Below, piece after piece: positions 42,773 through 52,001 of a stretch of DNA of 64,000 nt. A model generated the notes under the pieces. It was not told where the DNA came from. It was given only the letters and a program-made list of their open reading frames with translations, and ran no database searches. Source of the stretch: Lentisphaeria bacterium (lineage in GTDB: Bacteria; Verrucomicrobiota; Lentisphaeria; Victivallales; UBA1829); the NCBI GenBank assembly GCA_017503375.1, contig JAFVTF010000009.1, positions 31,933-95,932 of the forward strand. Direction: 5' to 3'. Numbering within the stretch: the first letter of the stretch is position 1; every line of letters starts with the position of its first letter. Both the position numbers and the translations under genes were made by a program.

Positions 42773-42792
42773 TTTTCAAGTCGACTTGAAAA
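42773..42792. promoter_or_regulatory. perfect 20-bp palindrome containing back-to-back -35 boxes
   Basis: TTTTCAAGTCGACTTGAAAA. TTGAAA on each strand is followed at 16-17 nt by TATACT (plus, 42809-42814) and TACATT (minus). Confidence 0.55.
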
Positions 42793-42852
42793 TATTATGA
42801 TACAGCAGTATACTTTTCGCAAAGATTCAATAATTTAAATGAAGATTTGACG

Positions 42853-43776
42853 ATGATGCAGAAAGACTTTTTCTATTATTATCTGCGCTCCATGCGCCTT
42901 TACTACTGTTTTGTGACCGGCATGACGACTCTTGCCGGAACAGTAATGGCACACGCATTTTGCGGACATCCGTGGGGATGGCAGGACGCTGTTGTGCTGA
43001 CCGTCGGTTTTTTTGCCTGGGGCGTGAATCAAATCTTCAGTGACTGGTGCGACAGACAGGAAGATTCCATCAATGCACCGCACCGTCCGATGGTTTCCGG
43101 AAAACTTTCCCCGAAACCGGCATTGATTCTTTCCACATCGCTTATGCTCATTTTTGCTGCGGCATCGTATTTTGCAAGTCCGTGGACTCTGCTCTTTCTG
43201 GCAATCGGGGGAGGTTTGAATCTGTGCTACTCCAAACTGAAAAAAATTCCTGTTCTGAATTGTCTGACCTATGCAATGGCAATCACCTGCTGTGCATTAT
43301 ATGGATACTCCGGGACATGCGGAGTTCTGCCGGGGACATCATGTATTCTGCCGTTTCTTCTGATTCTTCCTGCCCATTTCCTCATGTGTTCTTTCAGTTA
43401 TAATAAGGATAAAGAGGGCGACCGCAGGAGCGGAATACGTACACTTCAAACGTTGTATCCGGACCGGATCACTCTGCCGGGACATTGGATTGCCGGGATG
43501 ATTTATACGTTTGCAATTTTTCATTTTACAAAATCCGGGGAAGACCGTTTGACAGTGATAATTTTCACCATTGCAGCAGTTCTGCTGTTGTCAAAGCTGA
43601 TTTTTTTGCTTGAAAAAGAGAAATATCATCCGGCGGTCTGCTGGAACTGTATGCTGTGTGTGTGCTGGCTGTGCAATCTGATTATTCCGTTTTTTCCGGG
43701 AACAATAATTCTTGCACCGCTTTCTCTTTTGATAATATGGCTGATCTTCAGGTGGTACCCCGATGAAAAAGAGTAA
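42853..43776 (+). CDS. UbiA-superfamily membrane prenyltransferase
   Basis: About 307 aa and polytopic. Asp-rich motifs NQIFSDWCDRQED and YNKDKEGD. The track ORF starts at TTG 42847; the first ATG is at 42853. Confidence 0.8.
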   Translation: MMQKDFFYYYLRSMRLYYCFVTGMTTLAGTVMAHAFCGHPWGWQDAVVLTVGFFAWGVNQIFSDWCDRQEDSINAPHRPMVSGKLSPKPALILSTSLMLIFAAASYFASPWTLLFLAIGGGLNLCYSKLKKIPVLNCLTYAMAITCCALYGYSGTCGVLPGTSCILPFLLILPAHFLMCSFSYNKDKEGDRRSGIRTLQTLYPDRITLPGHWIAGMIYTFAIFHFTKSGEDRLTVIIFTIAAVLLLSKLIFLLEKEKYHPAVCWNCMLCVCWLCNLIIPFFPGTIILAPLSLLIIWLIFRWYPDEKE

Positions 43777-45013
43777 ATTCATAACCGGATTTTCCAAACT
43801 TCTGTTTTATGCACGGATGTCGCTTGTCTGTGCATGGCGGTTCCGTTCAATTCCTGTTTTGTGGAAAGCAGGGAAGTTTACAGGAGTGTTTTTCAAACAC
43901 AAACTTCTGAAACTTGGAACGGGAGAATACAAACTTGATTTTTACATGCCGCGCTATCCGTCGGAAGCCTTTTTCACTGCAATGGCAGATAAACTGACAG
44001 AGAAACCGCCGCGCCCGGTCAGCGTAGTCTGGTCCATTTCCAAAGCATGTGCCTATCATTGTCCGCATTGTTATCAGGGACATGATCCGGCAAAAGAAAT
44101 GCCTTTGGAAAAGATGAGACAGTCTGTCCGTGAACTGTGCCGGAGCGGTGTTTCCGCATGGGCAGTGGAAGGCGGCGAACCGCTGCTCCGATTTGAACGG
44201 CTGGAGGCTCTTCTGGAGGAGACAAAAGGGCTGGAAGTCTGGGTAAACTCCACCGGGCACAGTGCAACGCCGAAAAAGATTGCCCGGATGAAAGAACTGG
44301 AAGTGACCGGAATCATGAGTTCGATACATTCCGTTGATCCGGCAATCCATGATGCGTTTACCGGAGTTCCGGGTTCATTTGAAACAGCTTTGAATTTTCT
44401 GAAAGAGTGCCGGAATGCGGGATTTCTCACCGGATTCAATACGGTTTTGAATGACGATCAGATTATTGCCGGGGAAATTGATAAAATCATGGCTCTGGCT
44501 GCGGAAAATCAGTGCGATTACATTCAGCTGATCCACCCGAAAGCCTGCGGAAAATGGGGCGGCTGCAATTTTGATACAGCACGCCATGAAGAGGCGGTGC
44601 GGATCGCTTGCGAAGCCCAGAAAAGATATAATTCTTCTGCCGAAAAACATGCACCGATCCTGACAGCTCAAGTTTTTGAAGAATCGGAAGAGATGCTGGG
44701 CTGTACAGCCGGAGCCATTGACCGCTTTTATGTGGGCTGCTCCGGAGAAGTCCAGCCGTGTGAATTCGTGAATATCTCCTTCGGAAATCTGAATGAAGAA
44801 CCGTACGAACGCATTTATGAACGGATGCGGAAGGCTTTTCCGGTTCCAAGCTGCGACTGGCTCTGCTGCGCCCATGCGGAAGAAATCGCAGCAGCGGTTG
44901 CAGAAAACGGCGGAAAAACTCCTATTCCGTGGGAACAGACCCGCGAACTGATCCGAAACTGGAAATGCGGGGAACCGACACCCGTTTATGAACGGATGGG
45001 GATTTACCGATGA
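43763..45013 (+). CDS. radical SAM enzyme with a SPASM/twitch-like C-terminal Cys cluster
   Basis: 416 aa with CAYHCPHC (CX3CX2C), GGEPLL, and C-terminal GCTAGAIDRFYVGCSGEVQPCEF. Overlaps the UbiA gene by 14 nt. Confidence 0.8.
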   Translation: MKKSKFITGFSKLLFYARMSLVCAWRFRSIPVLWKAGKFTGVFFKHKLLKLGTGEYKLDFYMPRYPSEAFFTAMADKLTEKPPRPVSVVWSISKACAYHCPHCYQGHDPAKEMPLEKMRQSVRELCRSGVSAWAVEGGEPLLRFERLEALLEETKGLEVWVNSTGHSATPKKIARMKELEVTGIMSSIHSVDPAIHDAFTGVPGSFETALNFLKECRNAGFLTGFNTVLNDDQIIAGEIDKIMALAAENQCDYIQLIHPKACGKWGGCNFDTARHEEAVRIACEAQKRYNSSAEKHAPILTAQVFEESEEMLGCTAGAIDRFYVGCSGEVQPCEFVNISFGNLNEEPYERIYERMRKAFPVPSCDWLCCAHAEEIAAAVAENGGKTPIPWEQTRELIRNWKCGEPTPVYERMGIYR

Positions 45014-45885
45014 AACTTCTGCTTCTGATGAATCCATCTTCCCGCGGCGGACTCGGAAAACAACTCTGGAACAGATTATTTTCTGCCATCGAAAAAAATG
45101 GATTGATATATCAGAAACACATTCTTTCCAATATAGAAGAAGCGTATGAACTGGCAAAATCAGCGACCGGATTTGATGCTGTTGCGGCGGTTGGCGGGGA
45201 TGGAACAGTCAATGCAGTTGCAGCAGGTGTATTGGAAAATCCTGATCCAGATTTGAAATTCGGGGTACTTTACACCGGAACGAGTCCGGATTTCTGCCGT
45301 TTTCACGGAATTCCCACGGAACCGGAAGAAGCAGTGAATATTCTTTGCGGAAATTTCAGCCGGAAAATCCCGGTCCTTGTTGCGAACGGGAAACCGTTTT
45401 TCTGTTCCTGCAATCCGGGGATGGGTGCGGAAGTTGCGGCCGGAGCAAACCGGATGCGTCCGTTTTTCGGAGATGGTATCGGAACGTTTCTTGCATTGTT
45501 GAAAGCCCTGCTCCGCAACAGAAAATGGAATTTCAAGCTCAACAGAGAACGTGACCTTGCCAATTGTAATCATCTGCTTTTCACACGGATGCCATATATT
45601 GCAGGCGGAATCAACATTGATTTGCCGGACTTGAAAGATGATGAATTTGTGGTATGGTATCTTCAGGATATTTCCCGCCGGAAATGGTTATCCATTCTGC
45701 CCGGACTTTACCGGGGAGATGTGCAAGGACATCTGGAAATTCTGAAAGAATCAGTCCGGCTGGAATGTCCGGAAGAGTGTCCGGTTGAATTCGATGGTGA
45801 TCCGCATGGTTCATTGCCGTTGGAAATTTCTTTTTCACCCCGGAAATTGAATCTGATCTGCAGAAAAGAAGGAACTGAAAAATGA
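45010..45885 (+). CDS. DAG-kinase-fold lipid kinase (YegS/BmrU family)
   Basis: 291 aa with LLLMNPSSRGG and AAVGGDGTVN motifs. ATGA overlap with the upstream gene. Confidence 0.75.
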   Translation: MKLLLLMNPSSRGGLGKQLWNRLFSAIEKNGLIYQKHILSNIEEAYELAKSATGFDAVAAVGGDGTVNAVAAGVLENPDPDLKFGVLYTGTSPDFCRFHGIPTEPEEAVNILCGNFSRKIPVLVANGKPFFCSCNPGMGAEVAAGANRMRPFFGDGIGTFLALLKALLRNRKWNFKLNRERDLANCNHLLFTRMPYIAGGINIDLPDLKDDEFVVWYLQDISRRKWLSILPGLYRGDVQGHLEILKESVRLECPEECPVEFDGDPHGSLPLEISFSPRKLNLICRKEGTEK

Positions 45886-46763
45886 AAGAACATGAAATGA
45901 TCAGGAACATTGCCGGAATTCATGGTTCAACCCCTTTTTCTGCCGATGCGGAACAGTTCGGAAACATGCTTTATTCAATGGACAGTTTTTCCAAAACAGA
46001 AGATTTTTTTGAATTCACTCCTCCGGAAATCATCGGGCGTAACATGGCGGCGGCAGCTTGCTCCGATCTGCTCGCCAGCGGAATAAAACCGGATTTTCTG
46101 ATTCAGGCATGGAACATGGATTCTGCTGAGACAGAAGAATATTATCTGGAAATCAGCCGGGGAATCGAATCAGTTCTTCAGTATTACGGCGCAATCTGTA
46201 TCGGCGGAGATATGGGGTGTTCAAGTCCGTGGAACTGGACAGCCACAGTCGGCGGAAATTTGAAATCTGCCCCTGTCCGGCGGAAAGCATCGCAGAAAAT
46301 TCCCTTTGATCTTTATCTTTCCGGCAGTCTGGGCGATGCCAATCTTGCAGCCTTTTTCCGGAAAGAAATGCCCTTGATCGAACTCCGGAACCCTGTTCCG
46401 CAGAATTCGCTCTTTGCTACTGATACCAGCGGCGGATTCTTTGATGCGTTGGAAAACTTCCGCCGTGTAAACCCGGAACTTTCCGTTGAACTTGAAAATA
46501 TTCCCTGTGCCATACAGGAACCGCTCCCATTCCCCGAAGAGTTCCTCCTGATCGGCGGAGTAGGAGAATATGAATTGCTTTATGCCGTTCCGGCCGGATT
46601 CCCGGCTGAGGGAATCAAAATCGGAACAGGTGATTTTTCCGGAAAGGGAATCCATTTCAAACACGGCGGAACAATGCACTCACCACCTCCGGATTACAGA
46701 AATATTCCGCCGGAGCAATGGTTCGCGAAAACGGAAGAATATTACCGGGAGGTGTTCCGATGA
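45882..46763 (+). CDS. PurM/ThiL-superfamily (AIR-synthase-related) ATP-utilising enzyme
   Basis: 293 aa with IGRNMAAAACSDLLASGIKP, CIGGDMG and ATDTSGGFFDAL, resembling ThiL/PurM/HypE family blocks. ATGA overlap upstream. Confidence 0.6.
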   Translation: MKEHEMIRNIAGIHGSTPFSADAEQFGNMLYSMDSFSKTEDFFEFTPPEIIGRNMAAAACSDLLASGIKPDFLIQAWNMDSAETEEYYLEISRGIESVLQYYGAICIGGDMGCSSPWNWTATVGGNLKSAPVRRKASQKIPFDLYLSGSLGDANLAAFFRKEMPLIELRNPVPQNSLFATDTSGGFFDALENFRRVNPELSVELENIPCAIQEPLPFPEEFLLIGGVGEYELLYAVPAGFPAEGIKIGTGDFSGKGIHFKHGGTMHSPPPDYRNIPPEQWFAKTEEYYREVFR

Positions 46764-47998
46764 AATCTCTTTTTGAACGGTGTTATCAATCCGGGAAAAA
46801 ACTCACTGACAAGACAGAACTTCTTGCTCAGGAATTGAACGATTCCCCGCCCGCTTATTTTGACGGATTGAATATGACTTTGCTGGAAGGAGTAAAGCCT
46901 GTTACAAAAGTCAGATTGCCTTCCGGTGAGATCAAAGAAATGCTCATGCTCGGCAGTAACTCGTTTCTGAATCTGAACTGGCATCCGCGTGTGATCGAAG
47001 CCGAACGGAACGCATTGGATAAATACGGTTCCGGAGCAGGATCGCCTCCCCTTTATTCCGGAACAACAGATTTACATGAGGAACTGGAAACGGAACTGGC
47101 AAAATTCTGCGGAACAGAAGCCGCGTTGCTCTTCCCTGCCGGATATTCCGGAAATATCGGTGTGCTTTCCGGCTTGTGCCGTCCGGGAGATGCAATTTTC
47201 TGTGACAGCTCCAATCATGCGTCTCTTTATGACGGTGCGCGTCTTTCCGGAGCACGCGTTATTCCTTACCTCCATTTGAATCCAAAGCACCTGGAACGCT
47301 GTTTGAAGCAGTCTGAAGAACCGGGAAAGCTCATTGCAACCGATGGAGTTTTTTCCATGGAAGGTTCACTGGCTCCCGTGGATGAACTGGTCCGTCTGAA
47401 AGAAAAATATGATTCTCTCCTGATGGTGGATGATGCACACGGATTCTGGGCTGTGGGACCGGATGGAATGGGAACTGCCAGTGTGTTCGGAGTCCGGGAC
47501 AAGGTCGATCTGCATTACGGAACATTCAGCAAAGCATTGGGAAGTGTCGGCGGATTCTGTGCAGGGAAACGGCATGTGATCGACTATTTGCGGTATTACG
47601 CACGCAGTACATTCTTTTCCAGCGCACTTCCTGCGGCAACGGCTGCAGCAATTCTGGAATCCATCCGTATTGTCAAAGAAGAACCGGAACATCTGAAAAA
47701 TCTCAAACGGAACCGTAATTTCTTCCAAAGTGAATTGGAAAAGCGGGGAATCAATACCTTGAACAGCCGTTCTGCGATTATTCCTGTACTGGTCGGCGAT
47801 GAAGAAAAACTCGGAAAGCTCCAGATGGCGCTGTTTGATGCGGGCATTTTCTCCAATATCGGCACAACTCCGGCAGTCAATGCCTCCAAATGCCGTTTGC
47901 GTCTGAATGTCATGGCGACTCATTCTCTTGAACAATTGAACTTTGCCGTGGAAACCATTGAAAAACTGGCGAAAAAATTTCAGGTGATCCCAGCATGA
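46760..47998 (+). CDS. PLP-dependent alpha-oxoamine synthase (BioF/Spt/Kbl family acyltransferase)
   Basis: LGSNSFLNL, SNHASLYDG, ATDGVFSMEG, MVDDAHG, and GTFSKALGSVGGF (PLP-Lys). The ATG at 46760 overlaps the upstream stop (ATGA) and follows a GGGAGG RBS. Confidence 0.85.
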   Translation: MKSLFERCYQSGKKLTDKTELLAQELNDSPPAYFDGLNMTLLEGVKPVTKVRLPSGEIKEMLMLGSNSFLNLNWHPRVIEAERNALDKYGSGAGSPPLYSGTTDLHEELETELAKFCGTEAALLFPAGYSGNIGVLSGLCRPGDAIFCDSSNHASLYDGARLSGARVIPYLHLNPKHLERCLKQSEEPGKLIATDGVFSMEGSLAPVDELVRLKEKYDSLLMVDDAHGFWAVGPDGMGTASVFGVRDKVDLHYGTFSKALGSVGGFCAGKRHVIDYLRYYARSTFFSSALPAATAAAILESIRIVKEEPEHLKNLKRNRNFFQSELEKRGINTLNSRSAIIPVLVGDEEKLGKLQMALFDAGIFSNIGTTPAVNASKCRLRLNVMATHSLEQLNFAVETIEKLAKKFQVIPA

Positions 47999-48972
47999 CA
48001 AAAATATTGATCACAGGTGCGGGCGGTTATATCGGTTCCAATGCAGTGGAATATTTCATGAAACGGGGATTCGATGTGACCGGGATGATCCGGAATAAAG
48101 TTGCCCCCAGATTTCAGGACTCCGGAGCCAAAGCGATCCGGGCGGATCTCTATGATCTGAAATCTCTGGATCATCTTTTTCAATCCGGAAGTTATGATTA
48201 TGTCATTCACATAGCAGCACTGGCAAGCGATACCGGACTGCGGGAGAAATTCCGGCTTGCCAACTTTGAAGCAGTAAAACATCTTGCAAATCTTTCCATG
48301 AAAAACAACGTGAAACGGTTTGTTTATCTTTCCACCGCAGATGTTTACGGACTTCATGATTTTCACGGAGAAACGGAAGATCAGCTCTCATTCGATCATG
48401 ATGTAACAAATCCTTATCCGGAATTCAAAATCAAATCGGAAGAGTGGCTGGCAGAAAATCTTCCTGCAGAAAGATTTTCCTGTGTCCGCCCCTGTGTTGT
48501 ATTCGGCAACGGCGACACCACCATAACGCCCCGTGCAATTGCTTTCCTGAAAAGTTCGCCGTTCGTAATCCATTTCGGCAAATGGAAAGGAAAAAACCGC
48601 TGGCCGCTGGCACATGTGGAAAATGTCTGCCGGACACTTCACGGAGCCATGCTTCTTCCGGAGGCTGGCGGAAAAGGTGCAACTGTTCTGGATTCAAAAT
48701 ATACCGATCTGTCCCGATATTACCGGGAACTTGCGGCAGAATATCTTCCGGAGAAAACAATCCGGGAACTTACTCTTCCCCGATGGGTGATTCTCCCCGC
48801 AGCATGGTTCGCAAGCACATTCTCCGGAGAAAAACCGCTGTTTGATCCTACAATCTACGCATTGGATACCATCATACACAATCTGGATTTTTCCAATCAA
48901 CGGATGCTTGAATGGATTCATAAGGTCGGCGAACAGGAATTTGTGGAAAATGATGTTTCCAATAGAGGGTGA
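47995..48972 (+). CDS. extended SDR (NAD-dependent epimerase/dehydratase/reductase family)
   Basis: 325 aa with ILITGAGGYIGS and the catalytic YPEFK (YxxxK). ATGA overlap upstream. Confidence 0.8.
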   Translation: MTKILITGAGGYIGSNAVEYFMKRGFDVTGMIRNKVAPRFQDSGAKAIRADLYDLKSLDHLFQSGSYDYVIHIAALASDTGLREKFRLANFEAVKHLANLSMKNNVKRFVYLSTADVYGLHDFHGETEDQLSFDHDVTNPYPEFKIKSEEWLAENLPAERFSCVRPCVVFGNGDTTITPRAIAFLKSSPFVIHFGKWKGKNRWPLAHVENVCRTLHGAMLLPEAGGKGATVLDSKYTDLSRYYRELAAEYLPEKTIRELTLPRWVILPAAWFASTFSGEKPLFDPTIYALDTIIHNLDFSNQRMLEWIHKVGEQEFVENDVSNRG

Positions 48973-48974
48973 TT

Positions 48975-49190
48975 TGTGATCAGGGAAGAGGGGAAAAACG
49001 GTAGAAGAATTTTCCGCTGATAAAAGATACCGTCCCCATTTTTCTCTTTCAAACTATGGCATATTCATTTTTTTTGTCATAAAAAAATGAATATGCCGCA
49101 AAAGATTTTGAAAAAGGGTGATGGGGTTCGGGGAAGCGGGAAAAAGACTTTTCTCAAAAGTTTTTTCCCGCTTCCCCGATTTCAAACAGC
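48975..49190 (-). repeat. family-1 structured intergenic repeat, divergent copy C
   Basis: Same orientation as copy B. It shares the linker GCCGCAAAAG-TTTGAAAAAGG-TGATGGGGTT and both hairpins (49068-49096 region and 49128-49178), but with different stem sequences. Confidence 0.7.
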
Positions 49191-49215
49191 TATCTTTCCA
49201 ATCACTCACCGGAAA

Positions 49216-50394
49216 TTACTTGGTATATTCCAGTTTGTAATAGCGGGTTGCATCCGGCGGACGGATGTTGGTCAACGTGCCTTTGTAATGCCGCAGTTCT
49301 GTGCGGATATAAGGATGTTTCAGCAATTCCTTTTCGTTCAGATCGATTCCGAGTCCGGGACGGTCCGGAATGATCATGCAGCCATCACGCAAGGTGAGGT
49401 CTTCATCGCAAATCTCTGCGCGCCAGGGAACATCTGTCATCATCATTTCCAGCATGACGAAGTTGGGGATACATGCCGCAAGCTGAAGTGATGCCGCATT
49501 TGCCACAGGACCGGAGGGATTGTGCGGACAGAATCCGATGTGACGGGCCTCCGCTTCTGCTCCCAGCATACGCATTTCCATGATACCGCCCGCATGGGAG
49601 ATATCCGGCTGTATGTAATCTGTACAGTTCAGGTCAAAGAACTGACGGTATTCATAACGGTTGTAGAGACGTTCCCCGGCGGCGAGGGAAACGCGGACAC
49701 GTTCTTTGACTTCCCGCATACCTTCTTTGTCATCCGGCGGAATGGGTTCTTCAAACCAGAAGATATCAAATTCTTCCAGCCGTCTTCCGATTTTGACCGC
49801 TGTGGGGATATCAAATCTTCCGTGACCTTCGATGAGGAGCTGAACATCTTCGCCCACTGCTTCGGAAACTTTGCGGATGCACTCCATTGCCTGATTCAGT
49901 TCCGCCTTGCCAATCTGAAGCCACGCTTTGCCGAAGGGATCCCACTTGCAGCCCGGATAACGGTGTTTTTTTACTTCCAGAGCCTTCTCTGCGAATTCAT
50001 CGGGAGTTTTCGCCGGAGCAAACCAGCCGTTGACATAAACGGGGATCGCATCACGGACTTTTCCGCCCAGCAGCTGCCAGACAGGGACATTCAAATCTTT
50101 TCCTTTGATATCCCACAACGCCATTTCCACCCCTGCGAGGGCACTCATCAGAACCGGACCGCCGCGCCAGTAGGCATCGCGGTAGCAATCATGACGGAAC
50201 GCTTCAATATTGTGGGGATCTTTGCCGATCAGATAGCTTTCCAAATCATGGATTGCAGCCTGAATGGTCATTTCTTTATATTCCAGAGTGGATTCACCCC
50301 AGCCGTAAATACCGGAATCGGTTTCCACTTTCACAAACACAAAGTTTGTGCGGAACGCATTACTGATAAATGTTTTAACTGCAGTGATCTTCAT
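49216..50394 (-). CDS. enolase-superfamily sugar-acid dehydratase or cycloisomerase (D-galactonate dehydratase-like)
   Basis: 392 aa, colinear with DgoD as recalled: MKIT..., GWGE, GGPVLMSALAGVEMALWDIKGKDLNVPVWQLLGG, IEEP, AAGERL, QPDISHAGG. Confidence 0.8.
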   Translation of the reverse strand: MKITAVKTFISNAFRTNFVFVKVETDSGIYGWGESTLEYKEMTIQAAIHDLESYLIGKDPHNIEAFRHDCYRDAYWRGGPVLMSALAGVEMALWDIKGKDLNVPVWQLLGGKVRDAIPVYVNGWFAPAKTPDEFAEKALEVKKHRYPGCKWDPFGKAWLQIGKAELNQAMECIRKVSEAVGEDVQLLIEGHGRFDIPTAVKIGRRLEEFDIFWFEEPIPPDDKEGMREVKERVRVSLAAGERLYNRYEYRQFFDLNCTDYIQPDISHAGGIMEMRMLGAEAEARHIGFCPHNPSGPVANAASLQLAACIPNFVMLEMMMTDVPWRAEICDEDLTLRDGCMIIPDRPGLGIDLNEKELLKHPYIRTELRHYKGTLTNIRPPDATRYYKLEYTK

Positions 50395-50398
50395 TTTT

Positions 50399-51235
50399 TC
50401 AATCCTTTATTTCATCATAAACGCGAACATAATCCACAATGAATGCATCGGGAAGAACCGCTTTTTTCAAACTTTCTGCGGGTTTGTTGCTGCTGTCCAA
50501 AATTTCTCCGGTCAGAACATCCAGCCAGCGGTAGCCCATACACTCAGTTGAGACCAGAATGAACTGTTCGGTTTGGGAAACAGCTTCGGAACAACGCCAG
50601 GTCTCTTTCCCATCAATGTAATAAATATATTCATCGGGAGTCCACTCCAGACCGAAGGTATGATATCCGTCAGCAGTTTCTTCCAGTTTGATATCTCCGG
50701 ACCCTGCATGTTTGTGGTCCGCACCGTAACCGCCCCAGTGATTATTGTGGGAAACGGTATTATCCCGACGGAAACTTTCCATGATATCCACTTCCACGCC
50801 GGCTTCCTTCGGGTCGGCGCAGAATCCGATTCTGGGAGACTGCAGCCAGAATGCGGACCACCAGCCTTCCTGCGTCTGAAGTTTGCACCGGATCTCATAA
50901 TAACCGTATTTATGCATGAATTTCGGTTCGGAGAACTTGGCGATCGGCCAGCCGAATCCGTCTTTTTCAAATTTTTCGCCCGGACGGTCCATGTAGTTTT
51001 CCCCGGTCTGAAGCTGAGTACTGTAATAGTGACCGTCTTTTTCCATCAGAGAAAGAACAAGGTTTCCCTTTCCATCCAGAGCAGCTGTTTCATCGGAAAG
51101 ACACATCTGGCGTTTCTGCAGGATATGATAGCGGAAACTCCACTTGGTCATATCAAGTTCGGTACCGTCAAACTCATCATTCCAGACGAGTTTCCATTTT
51201 TTGCCTGCGGGCAGTAAACTTTTTACGTGTTCCAT
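50399..51235 (-). CDS. glycoside hydrolase family 16
   Basis: 278 aa with WNDEFDG and the catalytic EVDIME (ExDxxE). No obvious signal peptide. Confidence 0.8.
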   Translation of the reverse strand: MEHVKSLLPAGKKWKLVWNDEFDGTELDMTKWSFRYHILQKRQMCLSDETAALDGKGNLVLSLMEKDGHYYSTQLQTGENYMDRPGEKFEKDGFGWPIAKFSEPKFMHKYGYYEIRCKLQTQEGWWSAFWLQSPRIGFCADPKEAGVEVDIMESFRRDNTVSHNNHWGGYGADHKHAGSGDIKLEETADGYHTFGLEWTPDEYIYYIDGKETWRCSEAVSQTEQFILVSTECMGYRWLDVLTGEILDSSNKPAESLKKAVLPDAFIVDYVRVYDEIKD

Positions 51236-51246
51236 AGCAAATCTCC

Positions 51247-51990
51247 TCAGGGTGCGTAATACATTCCGCCGTTAATATTGACGGTTTCCCCGGTCACATA
51301 TCCGTTTTTAACCACAAACATGACAGCATCGGCGATCTCTTCACTGGTTGCGGGACGTCCCAGCGGAATCGCATCGCTTTCTTCCTTATATTTTTCTGGT
51401 GTCAGACGCTTATTGATATTTTCTGTAATGACCATTCCGGGGCAGACAGTGTTTGCTGTAATTCCGAAAGGTGCACCATTATGAGCCATTGCACGGGTCA
51501 CGCCATGCATACCGAGTTTGGAAACCCCGTAAGCGATCATGTGCATTTCAGCCGGACGGAAGGAGCGGACGGATGCAACATTCACGATTCTGCCCCAGCC
51601 GTATTCTTTTGCCCGTTCAAAGAATGCCATGGAACAGAGGAAACAGCCTTTCAGGTTCACATCCATAACCATGGACCACCATTCGCCTTCGGTCATTTCT
51701 CCGGTTCTGCGCCAGGGGTCAAGACGGGCATTGTTGACGAGAATATCCACTCTGCCGAGGTCATCGAACATTTTTGCAACTGCCTGTTCATTGGAGACAT
51801 CGCAGCGGTAGATATCAGCTTCTCCGCCGGCTTCAATAATTTCATTTGCAACATTCTGTGCATTTGTGATGTTGTTGGCGCAGTTGACGATCACCTTTGC
51901 GCCTTCTGCCGCCAGTGCTTTTGCAATCACTCTGCCGATTCCCTGGGAACCGCCGGTTACAAGTGCCGTTTTTCCTTTTAATGAGGACAT
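51247..51990 (-). CDS. classical SDR oxidoreductase (FabG-like)
   Basis: 247 aa with TGGSQGIGR, NNA and YGVSK (YxxxK). Confidence 0.85.
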   Translation of the reverse strand: MSSLKGKTALVTGGSQGIGRVIAKALAAEGAKVIVNCANNITNAQNVANEIIEAGGEADIYRCDVSNEQAVAKMFDDLGRVDILVNNARLDPWRRTGEMTEGEWWSMVMDVNLKGCFLCSMAFFERAKEYGWGRIVNVASVRSFRPAEMHMIAYGVSKLGMHGVTRAMAHNGAPFGITANTVCPGMVITENINKRLTPEKYKEESDAIPLGRPATSEEIADAVMFVVKNGYVTGETVNINGGMYYAP

Positions 51991-52001
51991 GATTCTCTCC
52001 T

